The notes: generated by a model not told the origin, from the letters alone. Positions 44,529 to 54,835 are shown, counted from the first letter of the stretch. The stretch: DNA of 63,547 nt from Vicinamibacterales bacterium (GCA_051986585.1 JBPYFA010000293.1:1-63547), one strand, 5' to 3'. Numbers and translations are program-made.

Positions 44529-45413
44529 CTAATCCTTTTCTGCGAGCAACAGGCGCTTGACCTCCTGAAGCTCCTGCTTCTTCTCTCGTGTCACCCTCGG
44601 AAACTTCAGGTCGAGATCGGCAATCGTCTGCCACGCGATGGCGGCAACCGCCAACCGTGTAAACCATTTGTTGTCTGCCGGGACGACGTACCACGGCGCG
44701 TCAGGCGTGCTGGTCTCCGCCATCATGTCCTCGTACGCCTCCATGTAGTCGCCCCAGAACGCACGTTCCTTCACATCACCGATCGAGAACTTCCAGTTCT
44801 TGTCGGCTTCATCGATGCGCGAGAGAAACCGGCGCTTCTGCTCCTCTTTGGACACGTAGAGAAAGAACTTGATGATGACGGTGCCGTTGTCGACGAGGTG
44901 GCGCTCGAAATCGTTGATCTCGCGAAACCGTCGCTTCCAGATGTTCCCTTTCTTCAACGCCTCTGGCAGCTGCTGTGCCGCGAGCACTTCCTTGTGCACG
45001 CGGGCCACGAGCACCTCTTCGTAGTAGGACCGGTTGTGGATGCCGATGCGTCCCCGCTCCGGAAGCGCCTTCATCGACCGCCACAGATAGGTGTGATCCT
45101 GTTCCTCGGCGGACGGCGCTTTGAAGCTGAAGACCTGACAGCCCTGCGGGTTCACCCCTGACAGGACATGCTTGATCGCGCCGTCCTTGCCGGCGGCGTC
45201 CATCGCCTGAAAGATGATGAGCACGGCATACGTGTCCTGCGCATACAACAGCGCTTGTTGTTCGGAGAGCCGGCGTACGCCATTGGCGAGGAGCACCCTG
45301 GCGTTTTCTTGTTTGACCGACGCCGTCCAGGCCGGGTCGTAATCTTTCTTGAGCCGAATTCGACGGCCCGCAGGCACAACGAGTCGCTTCATCAGTTTGC
45401 GGATGTCCTTCAT
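44529..45413 (-). CDS. ppk2: polyphosphate kinase 2 family protein
   Basis: The Walker-A-like PPK2 block reads VLIIFQAMDAAGKDGAIKHVLSGVNPQGCQVFSFKAPS. HNRSYYEEV and WKFSIGD are also present. Confidence 0.9.
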   Translation of the reverse strand: MKDIRKLMKRLVVPAGRRIRLKKDYDPAWTASVKQENARVLLANGVRRLSEQQALLYAQDTYAVLIIFQAMDAAGKDGAIKHVLSGVNPQGCQVFSFKAPSAEEQDHTYLWRSMKALPERGRIGIHNRSYYEEVLVARVHKEVLAAQQLPEALKKGNIWKRRFREINDFERHLVDNGTVIIKFFLYVSKEEQKRRFLSRIDEADKNWKFSIGDVKERAFWGDYMEAYEDMMAETSTPDAPWYVVPADNKWFTRLAVAAIAWQTIADLDLKFPRVTREKKQELQEVKRLLLAEKD

Positions 45414-45610
45414 GGCTGTCCTCGAATGTGCCTCAGTTGACCACGGATCTCGTGACGCTGTCGAGATTCATCCCCCTCCTCACGCGCCGCACGTAGGTCA
45501 CGCCCATCGGCCGTGATTGCACTATGCTGGTCGTTCCGGGTGCGCAACGCATCGCGAGAGTTGGTCAAGGCAACCCGCCCATGGTGGACGGCAATCGTCG
45601 GAGGATGTCC

Positions 45611-46450
45611 ATGGATATGAACGCGGTTATTCAAAATGCGGGAGCGACGCTGGTCGCGGTTGCGTGGAAGGTGGCGGGCGCGGTCGTGCTATGGCTGATC
45701 GGCCGCTGGCTCATCACCTTCTCGCTGAATATCATGGGGAAGGCGCTCGCCAAACAGCAGTTCGACCTCACCCTCAGCCGATACACTCAGACCGCATTGA
45801 GCATTCTGCTCAACGTTGCGCTCGCCGTCGCGATTCTCGGATTCTTCGGGGTTGAGACGACGACCTTTGCTGCGCTGATCGCGGCCGGAGGCGTCGCCAT
45901 CGGCGTCGCCTGGGGCGGCTTGCTCGCCAACTTCGCGGCGGGTGCGTTTCTCGTCTTCTTTCGCCCGTTCAAGGTTGGGGATGCGGTGAGCGCCGGCGGC
46001 GTCACTGGCGTCGTGGAAGCTGTCGGCTTGTTCGGCACCACAATCAATACACCAGACAACGTCCGCACCATCGTCGGCAACAACAAGATCTTCTCCGACA
46101 ACATCCAGAATTTTTCGGCCAACCCGTATCGGCGAGTCGACCTGACGGCGACGATCAGCAATTCCGTCGATCATCGTCAGGCGATTCCATTGCTCAAGCA
46201 GCGCCTCTCGACCATTCCAAATGTCCTGGCCTCGCCAGCGCCCGATGTCGACGTGCTGCAGTTCTCTCCCGCCGGTCCGCAACTCTGCGTCCGCCCGTAT
46301 TGCAGCAACGAGCACTATTGGCAGGTGTACTTCGATACCAATCGGCTGATTCGCGAGACATTCGGCGAAGCCGGGTTCCCGGCGCCGATGCCTGCATATG
46401 CCGTGACCGGATCCTTTGCTCCGCCGCCGCTGGATCTTGCAGGCCGATAA
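45611..46450 (+). CDS. small-conductance mechanosensitive channel (MscS family)
   Basis: Three TM segments are followed by the beta-domain FKVGDAVSAGGVTGVVEAVGLFGTTINTPDNVRTIVGNNKIFSDNIQNFS. The start is uncertain (ATG 45605, 45611 or 45617, with GGAGG at 45599-45603). Confidence 0.85.
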   Translation: MDMNAVIQNAGATLVAVAWKVAGAVVLWLIGRWLITFSLNIMGKALAKQQFDLTLSRYTQTALSILLNVALAVAILGFFGVETTTFAALIAAGGVAIGVAWGGLLANFAAGAFLVFFRPFKVGDAVSAGGVTGVVEAVGLFGTTINTPDNVRTIVGNNKIFSDNIQNFSANPYRRVDLTATISNSVDHRQAIPLLKQRLSTIPNVLASPAPDVDVLQFSPAGPQLCVRPYCSNEHYWQVYFDTNRLIRETFGEAGFPAPMPAYAVTGSFAPPPLDLAGR

Positions 46451-46660
46451 CGTTCAGATTGGGCACGTCACATCGCTGATCGGGGTCTGGCCCACGGGGT
46501 CGATGAGGTCATACCCCGGTCATCCTGTTACATACTTCGCTTTCGTATCGTCGAGTCGGGGCGCTCTGCTTCAGAAGTTAAGCACGAGCTTGCCGCCCCA
46601 TGGCTTGCGACGTGCATCGCTCGAATCAAAGAGAGCGCTTTTGCCTCGAACTGCGTTGTT

Positions 46661-46933
46661 TTGATACGGCAGGGGATGAAATTCTTTCCGCCAGAGGATG
46701 AAATTCGTGCGCAGTTGCGCGACTTGACCTCGCAGACTCGTCAGTTGCGGGCCGATCTCGAGGGGCTCATCAAACGTCGAAGCCCATCAGGCGCAGCATT
46801 TTCGCACGACCAGCGATATCGATTAAGGCCAGAGCGATCGTCGGCTTCATCGGAGCGACCCCGTCCGGCACCGGATGGAGCTGATTCGAAAGTCAAAAAA
46901 TCCAAAGCGCGATCGTCCAAGAACAACCGATAG
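46661..46933 (+). CDS. small hypothetical protein (coiled-coil-like N-terminus, basic tail)
   Basis: This is a 90-codon ORF in an otherwise empty 520-bp gap. It has no recognisable family and coding is not certain. Confidence 0.3.
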   Translation: MIRQGMKFFPPEDEIRAQLRDLTSQTRQLRADLEGLIKRRSPSGAAFSHDQRYRLRPERSSASSERPRPAPDGADSKVKKSKARSSKNNR

Positions 46934-46971
46934 CGCGAGCCTCATCCGAAGCTTCGCTCCTCTCCAATCCG

Positions 46972-49900
46972 TCAACGCCGACTGACATCGCCTTCGGCCT
47001 CGGCAATACGAACCGCCGGCCGGGAATGTGCGAGCGGCGAGTACACCGACACCTCGAACTGATTACGGCCGTACGTCAGCGCGGCGAGACGATCGTCGGC
47101 GACCGGGATCAATCGCAGAGCGCGCGTCCAGGCGGCCGTAGAAAACGTTTCGCCAGTGGGAAGGTGGATGGCAACGGGACGGCTGTTCACCCATCCCGTA
47201 AGCCAGCCGGGAACCATCGTCTGCTCGCCGACGAATCGATCGTCGAGATGGCCTACGCCCCGAACCCGGCCGGTTGCGTCAATCGTGACGATATGGGTGC
47301 GGCTGCCATCGTATGCGGTGCAGGCCAGTGTTCCTGTCGCGACGAGATCCGCGGCGCACTGGACGTCCAGCTTTGAGTAGGCGGATTGCTGACGTCCTTG
47401 CTCCGAGAGCATCGCGTATCGAGAGGCCACATGCGGCGGCATGAGCAGCTGCGCCCAGGTCCATTGGCTCGGCATGGCCCGACCCATGACCGTCCCCTCG
47501 TAACGAGTCTCGAGAATGAGAGCGTCGGAGCCGGCGCTCGTCATGGCAGCAATGTAGCCGTCGCGATCCTGCGCGACGGGCCAGCGGTGCTCCTCGATGC
47601 CGGATCCATCGAGTCCACCTTCGATACGCACAATCGTGTCTTCCCCATTCCACCCGAGAAGTTGCCAACGGCCACCAGCACGATCCACCGACAGCGACGC
47701 CTGCGAGAGGCTCTCGACGACCTGTTGCCAGATCACGTCGCTGGAACTGCCCAGCCGTCGCGCACTGACTGTTGTCTCTCCTGTGCCTGAGCGCACCATG
47801 AGCAGCGCATCATCGTTGACGAACGCGATATCGTCGGCTGCGATCGACACGAGCGGGTTGCCGACCCGTCCTACTTGAACATGCGGTTCGTGGCCGCCGT
47901 CCGGATCATAGTTTCTGTACACCGCGACGTATCGGCCATCCGGAGAAAGTTCAATCCTGGAAGCGCCCGCGGGAACAGCGAAGGTCTGGACCGGCGACGC
48001 GTCGAGAACGCTCCAGCGGACTGGTGCGCTGCGGACGAGAAATGGATCGCTGCCGAACCGATCGAGAAACGTAGTGGAGGCAATCGCAGTCAGGACCACT
48101 GCGATCGATGCGGCAGCCGCTGCCCCGCGACGGGCGGGTCGCCCCGTCGAGCAGACGAGAACTCCCGCAAGTGCGACTAGAAAAATGGTTGCGGACGGAA
48201 CAGCTCTCGCCGCGCGATGCAGAGCGACAACATCGACGCCGTGCATGCCAATTACGACGATGCTACAGAGCGCGCCGAGCGCCAGCACTGCGATCGATCG
48301 GCGCGGATCGGCTCGGCCGGCGCGTCGCAGCATCCAGGCAAATCCGAAGAAGACGAGGCTGAGAACCGCAAGAATCCACGACAACTCTCCGAACGGCCCG
48401 CTTCCAAAATCGCGGAATACGATGGCTGCCGATGCCATCGCGGCGAGTCCGGCGCCCACAAACAATGGCAGCGTGGGCTGCAGCCAGGCCAAGAGCGCGA
48501 TGAGCGCCAACCCAATCTGCGACAACGACAGCGCCATCGTGACCAACGTGAGCATGATCACTTTGTAAATGCTCGGCTGCAGCGTTGTCGTTCGAGGCGG
48601 TGGATCCGCGAGCCGGCCGTCGACGGTGTCGAGTAACCCCTGCACTGGAGCCACGTCCGACTCGCGTAGAGGCAGTTCCCACCGCCGCGCCGCCGGGCCT
48701 ACGGCGACCAGTCGTGTTGTGCGGCCTGGCCTCGCCTCAACTCGCAGCTCGGTCAAGTGGGCGTACGAGAGTGTGTAGGCGATGCCATCGCCATCGATCC
48801 AGTGCAGCCCGGATTCGTCGAAGGCGACCGTTGAACGACCGTCGTCGCTGATGAATGTATGCGTGGTTGAGAGCGGAACAGGTGCCGACCCTGCCGCCTT
48901 GCGAATGTCGCGAATGCGGCGCGCGAGGCTTGGGTGCGTGGCTGACTGTTCGGTCTGGTTCGCGACCCGCCGCGGTAGTCGTGCCAGCGTGTACAGTTTG
49001 GTCAACCCGCCCACGAGCGCTTCGGGATCGCCGGTAAGCTCCACCGCCCTGAGATCGCACATCGTTTCCTGTCGCTGGCGCCCTTTCGCACGCACGGCCA
49101 ACGACGCCGCGACCGAGAGTATCCAAAAGGCATTCGGCAGAAGCCCCCAGTCGATACCAGCTACACGCGCGATCGGTGCCGCGATTGCGCCACCAGCTAT
49201 CAGCAGCATGGTGCGCGTCCGCAGACGTCGGAGGTATGCCGCGTTGAAGTGATCGAAATGCGCCAGCTCATGAGCGCATATCGCGACAATTTCCCGTCGC
49301 TCAAATCGCTCCAGCACGGTATCGGTAAACAGCACGGACGGGTTTTTGTGCGAAGGAAGAGCCAGGGCGTTGGCGATCACTCCGCCATTGAGGACGATGC
49401 GATCGAAGCGCATCCCGGGAAGATCGCATTTCACCGCCAGCGCGCGACATGCATCGAGGAGTTCTCCTTCGGGTAGCGGGGCAGTCCGCAGACACCATCG
49501 CGCTACGTCGGTGTATCGAATGTTCCAGAGCACGAGCATGCCGCCGAGTCCGAGCGCCGCGATCCAGTCATAGCGGCCAGCACGCGTCGCAACATCGGGC
49601 AGTAGGACGACGGCAATCCAGAACCCGAACATGCCCAAGATCGTTCGCGGATAGAAGAGGCAGTAAGAAGGGAAACTCCAGGTCTCGCGGTACAGCGCTC
49701 GTCGAAGCGGATACGCTGCTGCAACGAGACCGGCATAAGTGATCACGCCGCAGCCAATGGCGGTGACCGCGACATGGTCCGCCATCAACACCGACACCCA
49801 CGTGCAGCCGGTGGCGGCAGCGATGAACAGCGCCCCGTTGCGACGCCGATGCGCCGCGAGAAGTTCGGGTAGTGCCGGGTTATTGATTTGACGAAGGAGC

Positions 49901-49986
49901 CGTCGTGAGAAAAACCAGGCAACCGCGCCCGGGACGAGCGCTATGACAAGTAGAATCGGGTAGAGACTCGTCGAATCCAGGAACAT
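46972..49986 (-). CDS. large polytopic membrane protein: M48-like HExxH peptidase module, second TM bundle and C-terminal beta-propeller-like domain
   Basis: The HExxH motif is in REIVAICAHELAHFDHF and the M48-type distal motif is ATHPSLARRIRDI. At least 12 hydrophobic segments fall in two blocks. The C-terminal ~400 aa carry PD40-like motifs (ELSPDGRYVAVY). ATG 49986 was chosen over the TTG track start at 50016. Confidence 0.75.
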   Translation of the reverse strand: MFLDSTSLYPILLVIALVPGAVAWFFSRRLLRQINNPALPELLAAHRRRNGALFIAAATGCTWVSVLMADHVAVTAIGCGVITYAGLVAAAYPLRRALYRETWSFPSYCLFYPRTILGMFGFWIAVVLLPDVATRAGRYDWIAALGLGGMLVLWNIRYTDVARWCLRTAPLPEGELLDACRALAVKCDLPGMRFDRIVLNGGVIANALALPSHKNPSVLFTDTVLERFERREIVAICAHELAHFDHFNAAYLRRLRTRTMLLIAGGAIAAPIARVAGIDWGLLPNAFWILSVAASLAVRAKGRQRQETMCDLRAVELTGDPEALVGGLTKLYTLARLPRRVANQTEQSATHPSLARRIRDIRKAAGSAPVPLSTTHTFISDDGRSTVAFDESGLHWIDGDGIAYTLSYAHLTELRVEARPGRTTRLVAVGPAARRWELPLRESDVAPVQGLLDTVDGRLADPPPRTTTLQPSIYKVIMLTLVTMALSLSQIGLALIALLAWLQPTLPLFVGAGLAAMASAAIVFRDFGSGPFGELSWILAVLSLVFFGFAWMLRRAGRADPRRSIAVLALGALCSIVVIGMHGVDVVALHRAARAVPSATIFLVALAGVLVCSTGRPARRGAAAAASIAVVLTAIASTTFLDRFGSDPFLVRSAPVRWSVLDASPVQTFAVPAGASRIELSPDGRYVAVYRNYDPDGGHEPHVQVGRVGNPLVSIAADDIAFVNDDALLMVRSGTGETTVSARRLGSSSDVIWQQVVESLSQASLSVDRAGGRWQLLGWNGEDTIVRIEGGLDGSGIEEHRWPVAQDRDGYIAAMTSAGSDALILETRYEGTVMGRAMPSQWTWAQLLMPPHVASRYAMLSEQGRQQSAYSKLDVQCAADLVATGTLACTAYDGSRTHIVTIDATGRVRGVGHLDDRFVGEQTMVPGWLTGWVNSRPVAIHLPTGETFSTAAWTRALRLIPVADDRLAALTYGRNQFEVSVYSPLAHSRPAVRIAEAEGDVSRR

Positions 49987-50167
49987 GGGGCTTGGCCGAA
50001 TGATCGTGCTCGGCAAGGCCCATGCCCCGTCAGGTTATTCGCCCGAGCGTGACTGAACTGGTTGACACAGTTTGAGTTCTCCGATGTCGGTCAGACATCT
50101 TGCGACGCGAGTCGATGCGGAAAGCGCGGCTCGATTACGAAATAGTGTTCGTCAGAGCCGACAAGCC

Positions 50168-50389
50168 TCACGCCGCAGGCGGCAGCGCAGGCCGGGAGTG
50201 CCCAAATACCCGCCACGCCAGCGGCAGCGTCGTCACGGCACCGATGGCCATGAGCGTCCGCCCAACCGCCACTCGTTGTTCAGTCGACAATTTTCCAGCA
50301 ACCAAGAGGCCGATGCCGGCTCCGAGCATCCCTCGAGTCATCGCGATCAGAACGATGTCCGATAGATTCAGCTGTTTTTCGATCCCCAT
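50168..50389 (-). CDS. small membrane protein (2 TM)
   Basis: GGAGA lies 7 nt upstream of the ATG. The sequence is IVLIAMTRGMLGAGIGLLVAG...LMAIGAVTTLPLAW. It lies upstream of, and co-directional with, the large M48-like gene. Confidence 0.5.
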   Translation of the reverse strand: MGIEKQLNLSDIVLIAMTRGMLGAGIGLLVAGKLSTEQRVAVGRTLMAIGAVTTLPLAWRVFGHSRPALPPAA

Positions 50390-50500
50390 TGGAGGTCTCC
50401 ATTAATAGAAGGAGGGTTCCGGTGCATCACCTGTACCGGGCTTACTGGCGAGGCTAACACTCCCACCTCAACGGCAACCGGTTGGCCTACACTATGGTCG

Positions 50501-50710
50501 ATGTTGTACGTCTTTGTGCGGGGTTCACAGCGCAAGACTTGCGAAACCCGCTTGAGCGCGGATGGGACGGGATACGAACTGGTCGTAGCCGAGGACGGCG
50601 TGGAACGCGTCGATCGCTACTCAACCATGGACCGTCTGCTCGCCCGTGAGCACGAGTTGCTTCAGGCGTGGCGCGCGCAAGGCTGGACTGAACCGCAGGG
50701 AAAGCACTGA
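50501..50710 (+). CDS. small hypothetical protein
   Basis: This 69-codon ORF has normal composition and lies directly upstream of the DUF1592 gene. I recognise no family. Confidence 0.4.
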   Translation: MLYVFVRGSQRKTCETRLSADGTGYELVVAEDGVERVDRYSTMDRLLAREHELLQAWRAQGWTEPQGKH

Positions 50711-50749
50711 CCCACAGGCAGGGGACCCGCGTGTATAATTTACCGTCCG

Positions 50750-53365
50750 TTGGTGTGGTCTCTGATCCCAGACGGAGGGTGCGTGCGCGCGTTTCTGGTC
50801 GCTTTTATCCTGTTGTTTGCGCTCGCGATCGCCGGCTCTGCCCAGCGAGCGCAGCAAGACGCCATTGCACCAGTCGCGCAGCTTCCAACGCCTAGCGCTT
50901 CGGCCCCCGCCACCAAGGATTCGCCGGCATCCAAAGAGCCCAAAGAGACGGTCGAGGGTTTCGACAACCTCATTCGGCCCTTCGTCTCCGAGAATTGCTT
51001 TCCTTGCCACGGATACAAGAAACAAAAGAACGGGCTGAACCTCGAGTCGTTCGAATCGGCTGCCTCGCTGACCGACGAACACGAGCGATGGGCGGAAGTC
51101 GTCAAGAAGCTTCGCGCCAGAGAGATGCCTCCCGAGGAAGAGCGGCAGCCGTCTGAACATCAGCGACAGGCGGTCGCCGGCTGGCTGGCCAAGGAACTCG
51201 ATCGCATCGACAAGCTCACGCCGCCCGATCCGGGCAGGGTGACGGCCCGCCGTCTGAATCGCACCGAGTACAACAACACGGTCCGCGATCTTCTCGGCGT
51301 CGACATGCGGCCCGCCGACGATTTCCCGCAGGACGATGCCGGATACGGGTTCGACAACATTGCGGACGTCCTGTCGTTGTCGCCGGTGTTGATGGAAAAG
51401 TACGTGTCGGCGGCGGAGAAAGTGTCGCGGGTGGCGCTGTTCGGTCCGCCGATCTTGAAGCCGACGCTGACGCGCCTTCGTTCGGATGGCCGACGCGTGC
51501 GCGAGGCGAAGACGTTTCCTGGCGACTACGACGTTACGGGACTCAGCCTGCCGAATGCGTTTCACGCGATGTATCGCGTCCCCGTCGATGGGGAGTACGT
51601 CGTTCGAGTTGCGCTTGCCGGGTTACGGCCCGCGGGCTCCGAACCGATCTCCGTGACGTTGTGGGTCGACGATCACCTGCTGCAGACGATCCCATTCGAT
51701 CTCGAGCGTTCGGCGACGTTCAACGACGATCGCCAGGATTTCGGTGGGCAGATGGTGGAGTTCCGGGCGAAGCTCACGCAGGGCGACCGGCATCTCGCCG
51801 TCGCTATTCCGCGAATTTTCGAAGGACTTCCGGCGAGTTTCAACGGTCCGCAGCCGTCAACACGCCCCACTCCGCCGCCGCGCGAATTCAAGCCACCGCC
51901 GAATGCGACGCCCGAGCGGATCGCGCAACTGAAGAAGATGTTCGACGACACGCAAGCCGAACTGGCGAAGATCCCGATGAACGGTGTGCGCATCAACACG
52001 CTCGACATCGGCGGACCGTACTCGCAGACGACCGGGCCGACGCGCGCGAGCCTGCAACGGATTTACACGTGCGGCCATCTAAATGGCGTTCACACGCCGA
52101 TGTGTGCGCGCCGGGTCGTCACCGATTTCGCGCGACGCGCCTTCCGGCGCCCAGTCAGCGCGGCAGAACTGGCGCCGTACATCAAGTTGACCGAGCAGGC
52201 GGAGAAGGAAGAAGGCTCGCTGGCGGAAGGGCTCGCGATCGGGATTCAGGCAATCCTCGTGTCGCCAGACTTTCTGTTCCGGATCGAACGCGACCGCGCG
52301 CCTGCCGGAGCAAAACCGGCGGCACACTATCCGATTTCTCAGCACGAGCTCGCCTCACGCCTGTCCTACTTCCTCTGGTCCAGCATGCCCGACGCCGAGC
52401 TGCGACGAGCTGCCGATCTGGGAACCCTGCGGAATCCTGCAGTCTTGACGGCGCAGATCCGGCGAATGCTGCGCGACCCCAAGGCGAATGCGCTGGCGGA
52501 GAATTTCGGTGGCCAGTGGCTGCAGTTCCGCGCGCTCGAATCGGTGACGCGCGATCGCGATCGGTATCCGGATTTTGAAGACTACCTGCGCTTCTCGATG
52601 CGGCGGGAGACGGAGCTTTTTGTCGAGGACGTCATCCACCAGGATCGCAAGATTCTGGACTTCATCGATGGCAACTACTCGTTCCTCAACGAGCGGCTCG
52701 CGCGGCACTACGGTGTGGCGGATGTCTCGGGTCCCGAGTTCCGACGCGTCGATTTGAGCGACACGCCCAGGGCCGGCGTGCTGACTCAGGCGAGCGTGCT
52801 GACCGTCTCGTCGTATGCCACCCGCACGTCGCCGGTGCTGCGAGGACGATGGGTGCTCGACAACCTGCTCGATGCGCCGCCGCCCGAGCCGCCACCCGAT
52901 GTTCCGAACCTCAATGAATCCGAGATCGGTACGGCGGCCTCGATGCGCGAGCAGCTGGAGCAGCATCGGAAGGACCCGACCTGTGCCGCCTGCCACCGCC
53001 GGATGGATCCGCTCGGCTTCGGTCTCGAGAATTTCGATGCGATCGGCGCGTGGCGCACGATCGACGGTAAGTTCCCCATCGATGCGACGGGGACGCTGCC
53101 AGACGGGCGCAAATTCAATGGGCCGCAGGAGCTCCGGAACATCCTGCGAGCCGATCACCAGGCATTCGAACATTGCCTGACGGCGAAGCTTCTCACCTAC
53201 GCGCTCGGCCGCGGGCTGGAGCGCTACGACAAGAGGACGGTCAGCGGGATCGTCAGTCGACTGCCGGAGCACCAATACCGGTTCTCGGGACTGATTCTGG
53301 AAATCGTCAACAGCCTGCCCTTCCAGTCGCGAAGGGCCGCGATCACTGCGAGCACAACACCATGA
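50750..53365 (+). CDS. DUF1592/DUF1588/DUF1585-family protein with N-terminal planctomycete-type cytochrome c (CxxCH) module
   Basis: The signal peptide is followed by a heme-binding-type CFPCHGYKKQKNGLNLES motif. Later blocks are FLWSSMPDAELR, NFGGQWLQFR and DPTCAACHRRMDPLGFGLENFDAIG. The GTG start is uncertain. Confidence 0.8.
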   Translation: MVWSLIPDGGCVRAFLVAFILLFALAIAGSAQRAQQDAIAPVAQLPTPSASAPATKDSPASKEPKETVEGFDNLIRPFVSENCFPCHGYKKQKNGLNLESFESAASLTDEHERWAEVVKKLRAREMPPEEERQPSEHQRQAVAGWLAKELDRIDKLTPPDPGRVTARRLNRTEYNNTVRDLLGVDMRPADDFPQDDAGYGFDNIADVLSLSPVLMEKYVSAAEKVSRVALFGPPILKPTLTRLRSDGRRVREAKTFPGDYDVTGLSLPNAFHAMYRVPVDGEYVVRVALAGLRPAGSEPISVTLWVDDHLLQTIPFDLERSATFNDDRQDFGGQMVEFRAKLTQGDRHLAVAIPRIFEGLPASFNGPQPSTRPTPPPREFKPPPNATPERIAQLKKMFDDTQAELAKIPMNGVRINTLDIGGPYSQTTGPTRASLQRIYTCGHLNGVHTPMCARRVVTDFARRAFRRPVSAAELAPYIKLTEQAEKEEGSLAEGLAIGIQAILVSPDFLFRIERDRAPAGAKPAAHYPISQHELASRLSYFLWSSMPDAELRRAADLGTLRNPAVLTAQIRRMLRDPKANALAENFGGQWLQFRALESVTRDRDRYPDFEDYLRFSMRRETELFVEDVIHQDRKILDFIDGNYSFLNERLARHYGVADVSGPEFRRVDLSDTPRAGVLTQASVLTVSSYATRTSPVLRGRWVLDNLLDAPPPEPPPDVPNLNESEIGTAASMREQLEQHRKDPTCAACHRRMDPLGFGLENFDAIGAWRTIDGKFPIDATGTLPDGRKFNGPQELRNILRADHQAFEHCLTAKLLTYALGRGLERYDKRTVSGIVSRLPEHQYRFSGLILEIVNSLPFQSRRAAITASTTP

Positions 53366-54708
53366 TGCTTACCCGCACACACCTGCCGCGCCGCTCCTTT
53401 CTCAAGGGAATGGGGGCGGTCATTGCGCTGCCGATGCTCGATGCGATGACCCCCGCGTTGGCGGCCGCGCGGGCACAGTCGCGCCCGGTCCGGCTCGGCT
53501 TCACCTACGTGCCCAACGGCATCACCATGCCCGACTGGACGCCGAAGGGCGGTGGCGCCGAGTTCGAGTTCGCGCGCGTCATGAAGCCGCTCGAACCATT
53601 CCGGCAGGACATGGTCGTGCTCTCGGGCCTTGGCCATCGAAACGGCCAGGCGCTTGGCGACGGCCCAGGCGATCACGCGCGTGCCGCGGCGTCGTACCTC
53701 ACTGGCGTACACCCACGCAAAACCGCCGGGGCTGACATTCAGAACGGCATCTCGGTCGATCAAGTGGCGGCACAGCAGATCGGCGCCGCGACACGGTTTG
53801 CGTCACTCGAGCTCGGGTGCGACGATTCACGGACGATCGGCAACTGTGATTCCGGGTATTCGTGCGCGTACACGAACAGCCTGGCCTGGCGCGGACCAGC
53901 CACGCCGATGCCGCCGGAAACGAACCCCCGGCTCGTCTTCGAACGCCTGTTCGGCGACATTGACACCAGCGTGCCGGCCGACGTGCGCGCGCGGCGCCTC
54001 ATGTACCGCCGCAGCATTCTGGATCTCGTCAACGAGCGAACGACCAAGCTGGCGTCGACCCTCGGTCCGGTGGATCGACGAAAGCTGGATGAGTATCTGA
54101 CCTCGATTCGCGAGATCGAGCAGCGGATCGAAAAAGCCGAGAAGGACATGACCGGCCTGGTGCCGACGATCGACAAGCCGAGCGGTGTGCCGGTCGTCTA
54201 CGCCGACTACGTCAATTTGATGTTCGATCTGCAGCTGATCGCGTTCCAAGCCGATCAGACTCGGATCGTGACGATGATGATGGGCCGTGAAGGGAGCATG
54301 CGCACTTACCCGGAGATCGGTGTTCCCGATCCGCATCATCCGCTGACACACCACCGAGGCAACGTCGAATGGATCGAGCGTGTGACCAAGGTCAACACAC
54401 ATCACATGGAGCTGTTCGCCGGGTTCATCAAGAAGATGAAGGAGACGCCCGATGGCGACGGCTCTCTCCTCGATCATTCGATCATCGTCTACGGCAGCGG
54501 CCTCAGCGACGGCAACCGCCATATCCACGAGGACCTGCCAGTGGTGCTCCTGGGGCACGGCGGCGACTTCCGCCTCGGCAACCACATCGTCTATCCGAAG
54601 GGCACGCCGATGACCAACCTGTATCTGACGCTGCTCGATCGAATGGGCGTGCAAGAGGAGACGATCGGCGACAGCACGGGAAGGATCGAGCATCTGACGG
54701 ATCTGTAG
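53362..54708 (+). CDS. DUF1552 domain protein (Tat signal)
   Basis: ATG 53362 overlaps the upstream stop (ATGA). MMLTRTHLPRRSFLKGMGAVIALPMLDAM carries the RRSFLK twin-arginine motif. The sulfatase-like blocks HHPLTHH and DLPVVLLGHGG are present. Confidence 0.8.
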   Translation: MMLTRTHLPRRSFLKGMGAVIALPMLDAMTPALAAARAQSRPVRLGFTYVPNGITMPDWTPKGGGAEFEFARVMKPLEPFRQDMVVLSGLGHRNGQALGDGPGDHARAAASYLTGVHPRKTAGADIQNGISVDQVAAQQIGAATRFASLELGCDDSRTIGNCDSGYSCAYTNSLAWRGPATPMPPETNPRLVFERLFGDIDTSVPADVRARRLMYRRSILDLVNERTTKLASTLGPVDRRKLDEYLTSIREIEQRIEKAEKDMTGLVPTIDKPSGVPVVYADYVNLMFDLQLIAFQADQTRIVTMMMGREGSMRTYPEIGVPDPHHPLTHHRGNVEWIERVTKVNTHHMELFAGFIKKMKETPDGDGSLLDHSIIVYGSGLSDGNRHIHEDLPVVLLGHGGDFRLGNHIVYPKGTPMTNLYLTLLDRMGVQEETIGDSTGRIEHLTDL

Positions 54709-54731
54709 CCGGCTAATCGCGTTGTTCGAAC

Positions 54732-54794
54732 GAACCACGAACCAAAAACATCAAACCACAACCGAGAACATAAAACCAAAAACCAAGAACTGAC
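54732..54794. repeat. A+C-rich tract with 7-nt periodicity (about 9 degenerate AACCNNN units)
   Basis: The units are GAACCAC GAACCAA AAACATC AAACCAC AACCGAG AACATAA AACCAAA AACCAAG AACTGAC. AAC recurs at 7-nt intervals with one 6-nt slip. There are only 3 T in about 70 nt. The tract lies upstream of rhaM. Confidence 0.85.
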
Positions 54795-54835
54795 CACCAG
54801 TTTACCGTCACGTTCCAATTCGAGCTTTTGCCAAC

